From Promethearchaeota archaeon (lineage in GTDB: Archaea > Asgardarchaeota > Lokiarchaeia > Sigyniarchaeales > SOKP01), in assembly GCA_019894975.1 (NCBI GenBank), contig JAGXNO010000012.1, forward strand, positions 1 through 64,000: a stretch of 64,000 nt of DNA, given 5' to 3'. Below are positions 50,644 to 60,120 of this stretch, piece by piece; position 1 is the first letter of the stretch, and the number at the start of each line of letters is the position of its first letter. The notes beneath the pieces are model-generated. The model was not told the DNA's origin, made no database searches, and saw nothing but the letters and a program-made list of their open reading frames with translations. The position numbers and the translations under genes are program-made.

Positions 50644-52317
50644 ATGGCGAAAGATAAGAAGAAAAAAGAAAAAAAGTCGAAGAAACAAAAACAAGAAAAT
50701 AGTACTTTTTCTGAATTAATAACTCAAACAGGCAAAAGTAAAGCAAAAGCAGCAGCTCCTGCAAGTGTTGCATTAGGCCAAAATATTGACAGATCTGCAG
50801 ATAAGCTATTCCTCGGAACTGATTACCGAGAAGTCCTTATTCCTGAAAGACCGTGGGCTGAAATGTTGAATGATGTGGAACATTGGACTCCGTTACCTTA
50901 TACTCATGGAATTGAAATGGAATTGATTATAGCAGATGACAACGGTGATTATCCCCCTGGTGATGAAATGGTTTTTCGGATGAAAGAAATTGTTAAAGAT
51001 GCTATTAAAATTATGGATGAGATACTTTATGCGGGAAGAAGTGATTTTCTACCTGTACCCGATTATATTCACCAAAAAGTGTTAGCTAGACCGTGGGGGC
51101 GTGATGACCTTGAAAAGGGGTATGCAATGGATATTCGCTATGCATTAGGAGACAGCTCTGTTGATATTGATACTTTTGCTCGAGATGGAAATGTAACGGC
51201 AATTACTTATATATTAGAACTTGTAACACCGCCATGTGTCTATGTAGAAGAATTAGCATATTGGGCGAGTACTTTATTCTTACTAGCAAAAGCTACTTTG
51301 CCAAAAGATTTACATATAATTGCTTCTGCGATAAACCCAGCAACAAAAGAATATATGCGCGGTGTTTCTCAAGCAGATCACAGTCATATTGGTTCTTTTG
51401 AATCTGATTTAGAGAGAGTTCAAGCTTATTGCATGATACGGAATTTTATCCCACATATCATTGCTCTCACCTGCAATTCACCAATTTTGAATAATAAACC
51501 AACTGACGTTGTGAAGGTCATTAATAACAGAATCACCGCACCTAACTGTGTCCGCTCATTAAGGTTAAAAAGTAACATTACCATGTTGAGTAATAATGAT
51601 CCAAATCATTATATTCCTTATTTAACTGATCTTAGTGAGAATTCTATCAATTTCCTACTCAATACAGTTCAAAAAGCAAGCTTAGAAGATGCAAGGTTCC
51701 AGGATATCTTCCCAGTAACGGATTGGGGAACGATAGAGGTCAGAATAAGCGATGCGCAGATTTCTATATGCAGAAGAATCGGTATCGCTCTTTTAATCGA
51801 AACATTATGCTACAAGGCTAAGAAATTACTCCAGAAAGGTGTTTGGGTACCAGATGTAGGCTCAGAGACAATCACATTGAACAGACAAGGAGCCATCGAA
51901 CGGGGTTTGATTTCCTTATTCCGCGTCTCACCTAACCTTAAGCGAGAAAACTTAGCACAGTATGACCCTGACTTTGCAGAGCAGTACCTTGGATCACAGG
52001 ATAAACCTATACGCTATATGATGCAGGCAGTGCAGAGCATGTTTTTCTATTTGAAGGATGAGTTGAAAGAGCTAGGTTTTCTCTACAGCCCCTTTCTAAA
52101 GCCAATACTCCAATCCGTATTCGGCAATGTAAGCTATGCTGAACCCCCCATAACCGAGGCAGAATACCAGCTAAGCCTTTACAAATACAAACTGGATAAC
52201 GGAGAAGATCCTAGCATTTTATACGATTTGATTTATTTTACTATCCAATATTGTCAGGATCCACTGAATAATCCCCTTACAGGGGTTTTAACTCTTCCTA
52301 AAGAGATGAGAGATTAG
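50644..52317 (+). CDS. GCS2/YbdK-like carboxylate-amine ligase (glutamate-cysteine ligase fold)
   Basis: HGIEMEL, LELVTPPC, HSHIG, ALTCNSP, SLR and TIEVR; Lys-rich N-terminus. Confidence 0.8.
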   Translation: MAKDKKKKEKKSKKQKQENSTFSELITQTGKSKAKAAAPASVALGQNIDRSADKLFLGTDYREVLIPERPWAEMLNDVEHWTPLPYTHGIEMELIIADDNGDYPPGDEMVFRMKEIVKDAIKIMDEILYAGRSDFLPVPDYIHQKVLARPWGRDDLEKGYAMDIRYALGDSSVDIDTFARDGNVTAITYILELVTPPCVYVEELAYWASTLFLLAKATLPKDLHIIASAINPATKEYMRGVSQADHSHIGSFESDLERVQAYCMIRNFIPHIIALTCNSPILNNKPTDVVKVINNRITAPNCVRSLRLKSNITMLSNNDPNHYIPYLTDLSENSINFLLNTVQKASLEDARFQDIFPVTDWGTIEVRISDAQISICRRIGIALLIETLCYKAKKLLQKGVWVPDVGSETITLNRQGAIERGLISLFRVSPNLKRENLAQYDPDFAEQYLGSQDKPIRYMMQAVQSMFFYLKDELKELGFLYSPFLKPILQSVFGNVSYAEPPITEAEYQLSLYKYKLDNGEDPSILYDLIYFTIQYCQDPLNNPLTGVLTLPKEMRD

Positions 52318-52347
52318 ACACTATAAAAGAAAGTATGGTGAATTTTT

Positions 52348-53895
52348 ATGTTAACATGTACAATAGAACAAAATGGCAGAAAATGGGAGGAGCACATCCT
52401 AGTTATTGATGCACATTCTCATCTTGGCCAAGATGTAGATGGTGCAACCATGATGAACCCTTTAGCTCCAGGAGCAGGCACTTTTGACTTTTGGGGAAAT
52501 GTCCAAGGGAGGATCAAGGCAGATTGGGAAAAAACGGGAGAACAATCTTTTACCAGTATTATGAACGGAAAGAATACTAAAATCTCCTGGTCTTTTACAC
52601 CCTATCCTTTTACGGATAGGTTATACATTGCCCTTGAAAAGCTTGGAAAAAAGCATTCTGATTTAAAAGAGAAAGCTAAATTTTATTCTATGATTGATCA
52701 AGGAGTATGCTTTCCTTTTCAAGACGTGTTTCGTGATAAACATCCAGAAGCGCTTTATCGAGCGAGTAATATTAATGTTTCACGTTTTACAACCAGATTT
52801 CCATTCTCTATGAAATTGATTGGATATGGTCGATGTGATCCCATGGAAGGGGAAAAAGCGGTTAATGAAGTAAGATATGCAAGAGAAGTATTAGGTCTCC
52901 GCGGATTAAAGCTTCATCCCAGGTCGGAAGGATGGATTGATAAAATAAGTTCGGAGAAAGCACTTCAAGTTCTTATAGAAGCAGCATCATTTTCAATGCC
53001 TGTTCTTTTTGACACTCGAGGGAGAGGGTCAATTCTAGAAATATCTCGGTTGATTGAACAAACAAGGAATGTCTTAAAATCAAAATATCCTGATCTATTA
53101 CCCCATCTTAAAGTAATTATTGCTCATTTTGCTCAGGGGAATATTGATGATTATGAAGTGTACAATGCAGTAGTTCAACCAAATACCTATGGAGATCTTT
53201 CAATGTTGCATGGTGCGGGAGCAGGTAACTTTTTCGAGAGTTTTCGAAAATGGTTTAAATCAAATAATAAAGAAAGAGTAGATAACCGGATATGGTCTGA
53301 ATATCTTCTGTATGCTAGTGATTATCCATATTTTGGAGACGTTCATGCCCAAAAATTGATGAAATATATCATTAATAAACAATTTTTTGATTCAGGGGGA
53401 ACCATACAAGATACAAGAAATATTCTTGGATTAAACCAATTAAGAGTATTACCAGAATATAACCTTCCTCAAAATCAAAAAGAGTTAAAAAATCCACCCA
53501 GTTTAACCATTTCTAATCCTCTGTTTAAAACAAATAAAGAGAGTTCATTTGCAACCGCAATAACCACACTTGCAAAAACAATCGTAGATAATAAAATTGA
53601 TATTAAGAAGTTTTGTTTGCAGTTTAAGGAATCTTGGGCAGAATTTACTGATGATGTCCTCTTAACTATTATATCAAATTCAAAAAAGCAAGAGAAAAAT
53701 ATCTTGTTGATGAATTTGATAAAAGATCAGATTTCTATATTTGCTCCACTGCAATCGAATATGGAATGGAAAAAATTTGGTTACAAATATTTTGATCCAC
53801 TAGATAGAGCATTCTTCGCAACTCTATTCAAAACAAATTATTTATCTATGGATGTAAATAAAACGGTAGAGACATTTACTCATATCTATACTTAG
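52348..53895 (+). CDS. Amidohydrolase (Amidohydro_2 family) with C-terminal extension
   Basis: IDAHSH, GLKLHP, IIAH and ASDYPY. Confidence 0.85.
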   Translation: MLTCTIEQNGRKWEEHILVIDAHSHLGQDVDGATMMNPLAPGAGTFDFWGNVQGRIKADWEKTGEQSFTSIMNGKNTKISWSFTPYPFTDRLYIALEKLGKKHSDLKEKAKFYSMIDQGVCFPFQDVFRDKHPEALYRASNINVSRFTTRFPFSMKLIGYGRCDPMEGEKAVNEVRYAREVLGLRGLKLHPRSEGWIDKISSEKALQVLIEAASFSMPVLFDTRGRGSILEISRLIEQTRNVLKSKYPDLLPHLKVIIAHFAQGNIDDYEVYNAVVQPNTYGDLSMLHGAGAGNFFESFRKWFKSNNKERVDNRIWSEYLLYASDYPYFGDVHAQKLMKYIINKQFFDSGGTIQDTRNILGLNQLRVLPEYNLPQNQKELKNPPSLTISNPLFKTNKESSFATAITTLAKTIVDNKIDIKKFCLQFKESWAEFTDDVLLTIISNSKKQEKNILLMNLIKDQISIFAPLQSNMEWKKFGYKYFDPLDRAFFATLFKTNYLSMDVNKTVETFTHIYT

Positions 53896-54002
53896 GAAGC
53901 TTGTTTCTTAGCAGAACTATTATATTTATTAAAAAATAATCTATATATAAAAAGTTACGAAAAGAATTTTCGTTATTTATTCACTCCTTATGGGGATAAA
54001 CA

Positions 54003-55061
54003 TTGAGAGGAATAGTAATTCTAAATTTAAGTGAAGGGTCTGAACCAACTATTGATATTCAATATCCTGATGATATTTGTGAAATCCTTCAAATCTCAAC
54101 ATCGGGGTTAATGAGTCTCTTTGAGCAACACAAGACGGTCAAAACGGGCCCTAATTATCTTGAAATGCAAATTAAAAGAAATGTTAGTGTCGCAAGTTTT
54201 TTTACAGGGCATAGCAATAGAAGCTTTCTTGGAAAACCAGATCATTGCATAACAATCTTCCTCTCTGATGACGATACTATTCCTAAAACATTTGAAGGTC
54301 AAGTTAGACGGATAGCTTTTGAATTATTACCCAAAAGAGAAGAACCTGATTTCCATGACCAATTTGTAAAATATTTTGAACTATTGAAAATGGGAGAATT
54401 GGATCCTTATTATCAACAAATGCTAAAATTGACACAAGACCTAAGTACTAAAAGGGAAAGAATCGATGACCTAGCCCAAAAAGTTTCTTTATTAGTATCA
54501 GATAGATCTGACCATTTAAGAAACGTAGATGCTCTTAAGGATGAGATTAACGAATTATATGCAAAAATGGACAATTGGTCACTTCAGATGGCAGAATTAA
54601 ATGAATATAATGCAACCTTAACTATGAAGATTAAAGGTTTAAATCAACTAACAACTCAACAGAAAAACAGATTAATGCAAAAGGAGAACCTAATTATCAG
54701 TCTAAGTAATGAAATAAATGAAAAAAGTGAGATTGAAGATGGTGCTGAGAAATTACTTAATCAGATAAAACTGATTAAGTCACAAAATCAAACACTAAGC
54801 GACGAGATCTCCACGTTAAATGAGACAAATAAAAATTTAAAATTTCAAGTTTTAAAAGCCAATCGGGAAAATGAAGCTCATCTTGATACTATCACGAATC
54901 TGAAATTAGAGATGAGGGAACTAAAACAACCCATACCTTCTGATACTACCGGTAAAGGCAAAAAGAAGGACGATATTATAGATTTGAAAAAAGAATTAAA
55001 GGTTCTAAGAAGAGAAAGAGACCATTATAAGGAAATGGTTAAGAAAAATAATCTTCTTTAA
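54003..55061 (+). CDS. Coiled-coil protein with N-terminal longin/uDENN-like domain
   Basis: N-terminal GIVILNL...PTIDIQYP alpha/beta domain, then about 200 aa of heptad-rich sequence. Confidence 0.6.
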   Translation: MRGIVILNLSEGSEPTIDIQYPDDICEILQISTSGLMSLFEQHKTVKTGPNYLEMQIKRNVSVASFFTGHSNRSFLGKPDHCITIFLSDDDTIPKTFEGQVRRIAFELLPKREEPDFHDQFVKYFELLKMGELDPYYQQMLKLTQDLSTKRERIDDLAQKVSLLVSDRSDHLRNVDALKDEINELYAKMDNWSLQMAELNEYNATLTMKIKGLNQLTTQQKNRLMQKENLIISLSNEINEKSEIEDGAEKLLNQIKLIKSQNQTLSDEISTLNETNKNLKFQVLKANRENEAHLDTITNLKLEMRELKQPIPSDTTGKGKKKDDIIDLKKELKVLRRERDHYKEMVKKNNLL

Positions 55062-55174
55062 TTTGAGATCCCTTTCGATTTAAATTTTTACCAATTTTAC
55101 AAAAGAATCTAATTTTTTATTCTATAATATGGGAAAAAACACTCTATAAGATTTAAAAGGATTTAATACCTTAG

Positions 55175-55213
55175 GTAACATACAATCTATTAAAAAGGGT
55201 TAAACTTAAAATG
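55175..55213 (+). repeat. Duplicated 5' leader, copy 1
   Basis: GTAACATACAATCTATTAAAAaGGGTTAAACtTAAAATG matches 56963-57001 with 2 mismatches. Confidence 0.9.
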
Positions 55214-56863
55214 TACAAGAATAAACAGAAAGTGATATTTTTTTCAGTGATATTTTTATTAGGTTCAATTACCGTGCTTACAATAAGTACAAGTTTTCAT
55301 TCCCAAATTGCAATTGATTATGATTCAACATCACTAAAGACTTCTGCGACATTTACAGATGTAGAAATTAATGCCCTTGCCACTACCAATACTTCAAATA
55401 CTGGTAATTGGACATGGGCAAAATCTATAGGATTATGCACTGGATCTGGAACACTTGGTAGTCCCTATATAATAGCAAACCATGTTTTTGAATATAGTTC
55501 TGGCGTTGGAAATTGTCTAACAATTATAAATTCAAGAGTCTATTTTAGAATTAGAGATTGTACTTTCAGAAATTCAGCGTTCTCTTTTGTAGGTTTACTT
55601 ATTGTCAATTCTACTAATGGTGAAGTTACCGATTGTTCAATATATGGTAATTATGAAGGTATTGTCATGGCAGATGTCAATGATACTGAAATTAGAGATA
55701 GTCACATTTATGGCAATAATGATATTGGGTTAATCTTAGTTAATTCTCGTTTTAACACGATAAATAACAATAATGTTTCAGCTAATACTGAATGGGGAAT
55801 TATCCTCGCAACAAGTATGTATAATACCATTTCTAATAACATTGCTAACGATAATCTAAATGAGGATGGAATAACACTTGATATAGAAAGTAACTACAAT
55901 GATGTGAATTTTAATACAGCAAATAATAATGGAAATGCAGGTATTTTTCTCGATGATAGTCATAGGAACACTATTTCTAACAACAAAGCTAACGATAATT
56001 TTCAATTTGGAATTTCCCTAGACATTAGTACTCGAAATATTATTTCCAAAAACACCGTAAATTCTAATAACATCATGGGGATCTTGGGTGTTGATAGTGA
56101 CACTAATTTGATAAGTCAAAACACAGCAAATCATCACAGCGTGGCTGGAATTTACTTAGAAAATTGTGATGATTCAACTATATCTGATAACACTGTTTAC
56201 AACAATACTATAATGGGAATTTATATGGTAAATTTAAATAATATGACATGTACAGACAATTTAGCATATGAAAATAAAATGTGGGGGATATATTTATATA
56301 ACTCAGATGAATCTGTAATTGAAAATAATAATGCTCATCATAATAACTTCTATGGTATATATATTAATAGCGGCAGTCAAGTGAATGTGATAAAATCTAA
56401 TCTTGCCCGATATAACAACTTGAGTGGAATATATATCCAGAGTAGCAGTAATAATTTATTAATTGATAATATAGCAAGTTATAATGTAGAGCATGGAATT
56501 TTTATCGAATCAAGCAACAACATCGTTCTATCAAGTAATACAGCGAATGATAATGAAGAGAATGGTATCCATTTACTTAATAGTAATTCAAACACTATCA
56601 TTTCTAACACAGCGAATAATAATAAAAACGGAACATTTTTAGACGGTAGCAATAACAATAAAGTAATTGATAATGTATTCGTGGGTAATGACGATTGCTA
56701 TAACGAAACGGGAAGCACAGGTAATATATTTGAAAATAATAGATGTTCTGCTCCTGGTGGTTTGCCAATAGACTTGAGTACCATTCTATTGATTTTAGCT
56801 ATTGTTGAGGGAGCAGTTATTGCGGTAATTGCTTTAACCTATTTCGTGCGAAAACGAAAATAA
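55211..56863 (+). CDS. Parallel beta-helix (NosD/CASH) surface protein with C-terminal TM anchor
   Basis: GSGT.GSPYII; repeated N.ISNN.AN.N...GI.L coils; TM helix followed by RKRK. Confidence 0.88.
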   Translation: MYKNKQKVIFFSVIFLLGSITVLTISTSFHSQIAIDYDSTSLKTSATFTDVEINALATTNTSNTGNWTWAKSIGLCTGSGTLGSPYIIANHVFEYSSGVGNCLTIINSRVYFRIRDCTFRNSAFSFVGLLIVNSTNGEVTDCSIYGNYEGIVMADVNDTEIRDSHIYGNNDIGLILVNSRFNTINNNNVSANTEWGIILATSMYNTISNNIANDNLNEDGITLDIESNYNDVNFNTANNNGNAGIFLDDSHRNTISNNKANDNFQFGISLDISTRNIISKNTVNSNNIMGILGVDSDTNLISQNTANHHSVAGIYLENCDDSTISDNTVYNNTIMGIYMVNLNNMTCTDNLAYENKMWGIYLYNSDESVIENNNAHHNNFYGIYINSGSQVNVIKSNLARYNNLSGIYIQSSSNNLLIDNIASYNVEHGIFIESSNNIVLSSNTANDNEENGIHLLNSNSNTIISNTANNNKNGTFLDGSNNNKVIDNVFVGNDDCYNETGSTGNIFENNRCSAPGGLPIDLSTILLILAIVEGAVIAVIALTYFVRKRK

Positions 56864-56865
56864 AA

Positions 56866-56882
56866 TTTTTCCTTTTTTTTTC
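56866..56882 (+). terminator. Oligo-T terminator
   Basis: T-rich tract directly after the stop. Confidence 0.55.
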
Positions 56883-56962
56883 TTAAACATCATTTCTTTA
56901 TATTATAGAGAGAATTAATGTTAAATTTGTTCTATAAACTTTAAATGAAAAGGTTGTGTTGA

Positions 56963-57001
56963 GTAACATACAATCTATTAAAACGGGTTAAACCTAAAAT
57001 G
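56963..57001 (+). repeat. Duplicated 5' leader, copy 2
   Basis: Near-identical to 55175-55213. Confidence 0.9.
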
Positions 57002-58852
57002 CAAAATAATAGACAGAAATTGATTTTTTTTACACTTATATTTTTATTTGGTTCAGTTACGATACTTACAATAAGCACTAATTTCCACACCCAACCGTTA
57101 AGCGATCATGATTCAACGCAATTAAAGACTTCCGCTACCTTTACTGATGTAGAAATTAATGCCCTTGCTACTACTAATACTTCAAATACCGGTAATTGGA
57201 CATGGGCAAAATCTATAGGCTTATGCACTGGATCTGGTACAGCTGGTAGTCCCTATATAATAGCAAACCATGTATTTGAATATAGTTCTGGATTTGGATA
57301 TTGCCTAACAATATCTAATTCAAGAGTCTATTTTAGAATTAAAGATTGTACTTTCAGAAATTCAGCTCCCTCTTTAGCTGGTTTATTTATTATTAATTCT
57401 ACTAATGGTCAAGTTACTGATTGTACAATATATGATAATTATGATGGAATTGTCATGGTAGGTGTCAATGATACTGAAATTAGAGATAGTCACATTTATA
57501 ATAATACTGCCAATGGGTTGCACTTATCTGGTTCTCATATCAACACCATTTCTAACAACAATATATCTGAGAATTCAGCTATGGGGATGTATCTCCTTCA
57601 GAGTTCTCATAACACTATTTCTAATAATATATTCATGAATAATATGGTATATGGCATTTTATCAGTTACTCATAGTAATGATAATACCATTTCAGGGAAT
57701 ACTATTACGAAGAATCTAATAGGGATTTCCATTGATACTTGTAGAGATACTACAATTTCTAATAATGATGTGAGTAATAATGATATGTTTGGGATGTATA
57801 TAGATGATGGGGATGAAAGTGATATCATATCTAATACAGCAAATGGACACAATACAATGGGAATATATTTGACAAGTGCCAGTGACAATAATACTATTTC
57901 AAAAAATATTGCGAATAATAATTTTTATGGAATTTTTGAGAGTGGATGTATTAATAACGAATATTCCCAAAACACAGCGAACAATAACGCACAATTTGGT
58001 TTTTATATAGCTGGGAGTATGGAATCAGTACTTCATGATAATACTGCTTTTAATAATACACTTTATGGAATTTTTCTTACAGGTGCTATTAATATATCAT
58101 GTACCGACAACTTGGTGTATGAGAATAAGCAATTTGGGGTTTACTTATCGGGAACACTCACATCAACAGTCGAAGATAATAATGCACACCATAACGGAAT
58201 GTTTGGTATATTAGTAGAGGGTTGTTTATCAATCGATATAAAATCTAATCTTGCCCAATATAATAACTGGAGTGGAATATATGTTTCTAACAGTGATGAA
58301 ACCACTTTGTCGGACAATACTGCTAGTAACAATTACCAACATGGAATTGTTGTAGATGATAGCGATATAAACGTTATAAAATCTAACGTTGCAAAATATA
58401 ATAATTGGAGTGGAATATTCTTGGATATAGGAAGCGATTATAATTTAGTATCTAACAATATCGCAAGTAATAATAATGACCATGGAATATTCTTAAAAAA
58501 TTGTGCGGTAAATACTATAAATAGTAATACTGCGAGTAATAATGGAAAGAATGGAATTCATCTACTCTATAGCGATATAAATAGCATCACGTCTAACACT
58601 GCAAATAATAATAAAAATGGGACGTTCTTAGAAAATAGCGACATGAATACAGTTGCGAACAATGTATTCCTAGGCAATGTTCACTGCTATAATGAAACGG
58701 GAAGTATGGGAAATGTCTTTGAAGACAATTCTTGTACGGGAGGAGGTGGCCCAACCATAAATCTGACTTTTACATTACTAATCATCGCAATTATAGAAGG
58801 AGTAGCTCTCGCGGGAATTGCTGCAATCTATTTTAGGAGAAAGCGAAAATAA
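56999..58852 (+). CDS. Parallel beta-helix (NosD/CASH) surface protein, tandem paralog
   Basis: N-terminal domain near-identical to 55211-56863; 67 aa longer. Confidence 0.88.
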   Translation: MQNNRQKLIFFTLIFLFGSVTILTISTNFHTQPLSDHDSTQLKTSATFTDVEINALATTNTSNTGNWTWAKSIGLCTGSGTAGSPYIIANHVFEYSSGFGYCLTISNSRVYFRIKDCTFRNSAPSLAGLFIINSTNGQVTDCTIYDNYDGIVMVGVNDTEIRDSHIYNNTANGLHLSGSHINTISNNNISENSAMGMYLLQSSHNTISNNIFMNNMVYGILSVTHSNDNTISGNTITKNLIGISIDTCRDTTISNNDVSNNDMFGMYIDDGDESDIISNTANGHNTMGIYLTSASDNNTISKNIANNNFYGIFESGCINNEYSQNTANNNAQFGFYIAGSMESVLHDNTAFNNTLYGIFLTGAINISCTDNLVYENKQFGVYLSGTLTSTVEDNNAHHNGMFGILVEGCLSIDIKSNLAQYNNWSGIYVSNSDETTLSDNTASNNYQHGIVVDDSDINVIKSNVAKYNNWSGIFLDIGSDYNLVSNNIASNNNDHGIFLKNCAVNTINSNTASNNGKNGIHLLYSDINSITSNTANNNKNGTFLENSDMNTVANNVFLGNVHCYNETGSMGNVFEDNSCTGGGGPTINLTFTLLIIAIIEGVALAGIAAIYFRRKRK

Positions 58853-58853
58853 A

Positions 58854-58869
58854 TTTTTTTTTTTTTTTT
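58854..58869 (+). terminator. Oligo-T terminator
   Basis: Long T homopolymer right after the stop. Confidence 0.6.
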
Positions 58870-58954
58870 AATTTTGTCTGTTGTTCTAAATTAATCTTAG
58901 AAGAAATAGATTAATCAAATAAGTTGAAATGAATAAAGTAAAAAAAGCTAATTT

Positions 58955-59413
58955 TTAATCAGGTGTAAGTGAATCTAAATCTGACAGATCTAAGCCGCTG
59001 TCTGAAATCTCAAAGCCACTGTCCGCTAAAAATTCGTCAAGAATCTCTCTTAGTTCGTCACCAGATCTCTTTAGAATTAATCTAATTAACCCAATATTGA
59101 TGTCAGGATCTGAAATTAATGTGAGAACTCCCTTAGGGCCGCAAGATGATGCGAAAATCTTACCCCCAGTAAATTCTGAAGTTACAATTTCAAGATTTCC
59201 AAGTTCCAGATTTTTACCTTGTTCTTCTGAAGCACAGAACACTGCTGAAGCGATTGCACCAATTCCATCAACATCAGCTGGGAAATAAGAAAATTTTGAA
59301 ACACTTGCAATAGTAAGTCCTGTTCTATCAACTAAAATAACTTTTTTGATACCACTTTCACTTTTAATAATCTTGCTTAGAATATTATCGAAGCTTTTCG
59401 TGTCAATACTAAT
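58955..59413 (-). CDS. Roadblock/LC7 domain protein with acidic tail (probable ATT start)
   Basis: The frame extends upstream of the ORF call: (I)SIDTKSFDNILSKIIKSESGIKKVILVDRTGLTIAS...GAIASAVF...NIGLIRL. A GGTG RBS precedes it and there is no in-frame ATG/GTG/TTG upstream. Confidence 0.85.
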   Translation of the reverse strand: MSIDTKSFDNILSKIIKSESGIKKVILVDRTGLTIASVSKFSYFPADVDGIGAIASAVFCASEEQGKNLELGNLEIVTSEFTGGKIFASSCGPKGVLTLISDPDINIGLIRLILKRSGDELREILDEFLADSGFEISDSGLDLSDLDSLTPD

Positions 59414-59702
59414 TGCAATACACCTTTTTAATTAATGTTAGTAATGTGATGTTTAATATAATAATATATTCTTCAATCTTTAAAACTATTATAATCATTT
59501 GAATTTATAAAATTATCTTTTTAAAATCTTCCATGGGAAATCTAGGAAAACTAATGTTTTAGATGTGATTAGAATAATCCATATATTAATTTAAAATATT
59601 TTCACAATTCTAATAATTAGTAATACATACTTAATGTGAAAAAACGGTGTGGGATTCTTGAGGTATGATATTGAGAAGAGATTACATAGAGTTAAAATAG
59701 AA

Positions 59703-59816
59703 ATGAATAATAGGAATATTAAATGCGAATATGCTAAAGCCTGCAGTGAAGCTGAAAACTCCTATAGATGCAACGAGTTTTATCGAAAATGCACCAAATA
59801 TAAACGATTTAAATGA
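59703..59816 (+). CDS. Small four-Cys protein (37 aa; not in the ORF track)
   Basis: MNNRNIKCEYAKACSEAENSYRCNEFYRKCTKYKRFK; an alternative GTG start exists at 59649. Confidence 0.5.
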   Translation: MNNRNIKCEYAKACSEAENSYRCNEFYRKCTKYKRFK

Positions 59817-60120
59817 AGTTTAGAACTGTTTAAAATCATTTTATATGGTGAACATTCATCTTACTTTGTGTTATGGATCTCTGTGATACTATAAATAATT
59901 TAATTTTTAAAAAGTTACGAAATACAATAAAAACATTTTTATATCGTATATCGCCACTAGTATTCTAATATTTGTCTGGTAACATATGATTTTAATAATA
60001 TTATTATTGATTTTAAGAAGAGCAACAGTTATTAATTTTAAAAATGGTTTCTATTTTATTAAATAGAAAAAATTGAAAATTATGATTATACAAATTAAGA
60101 ATTAAGATAAGTGAATAAAA

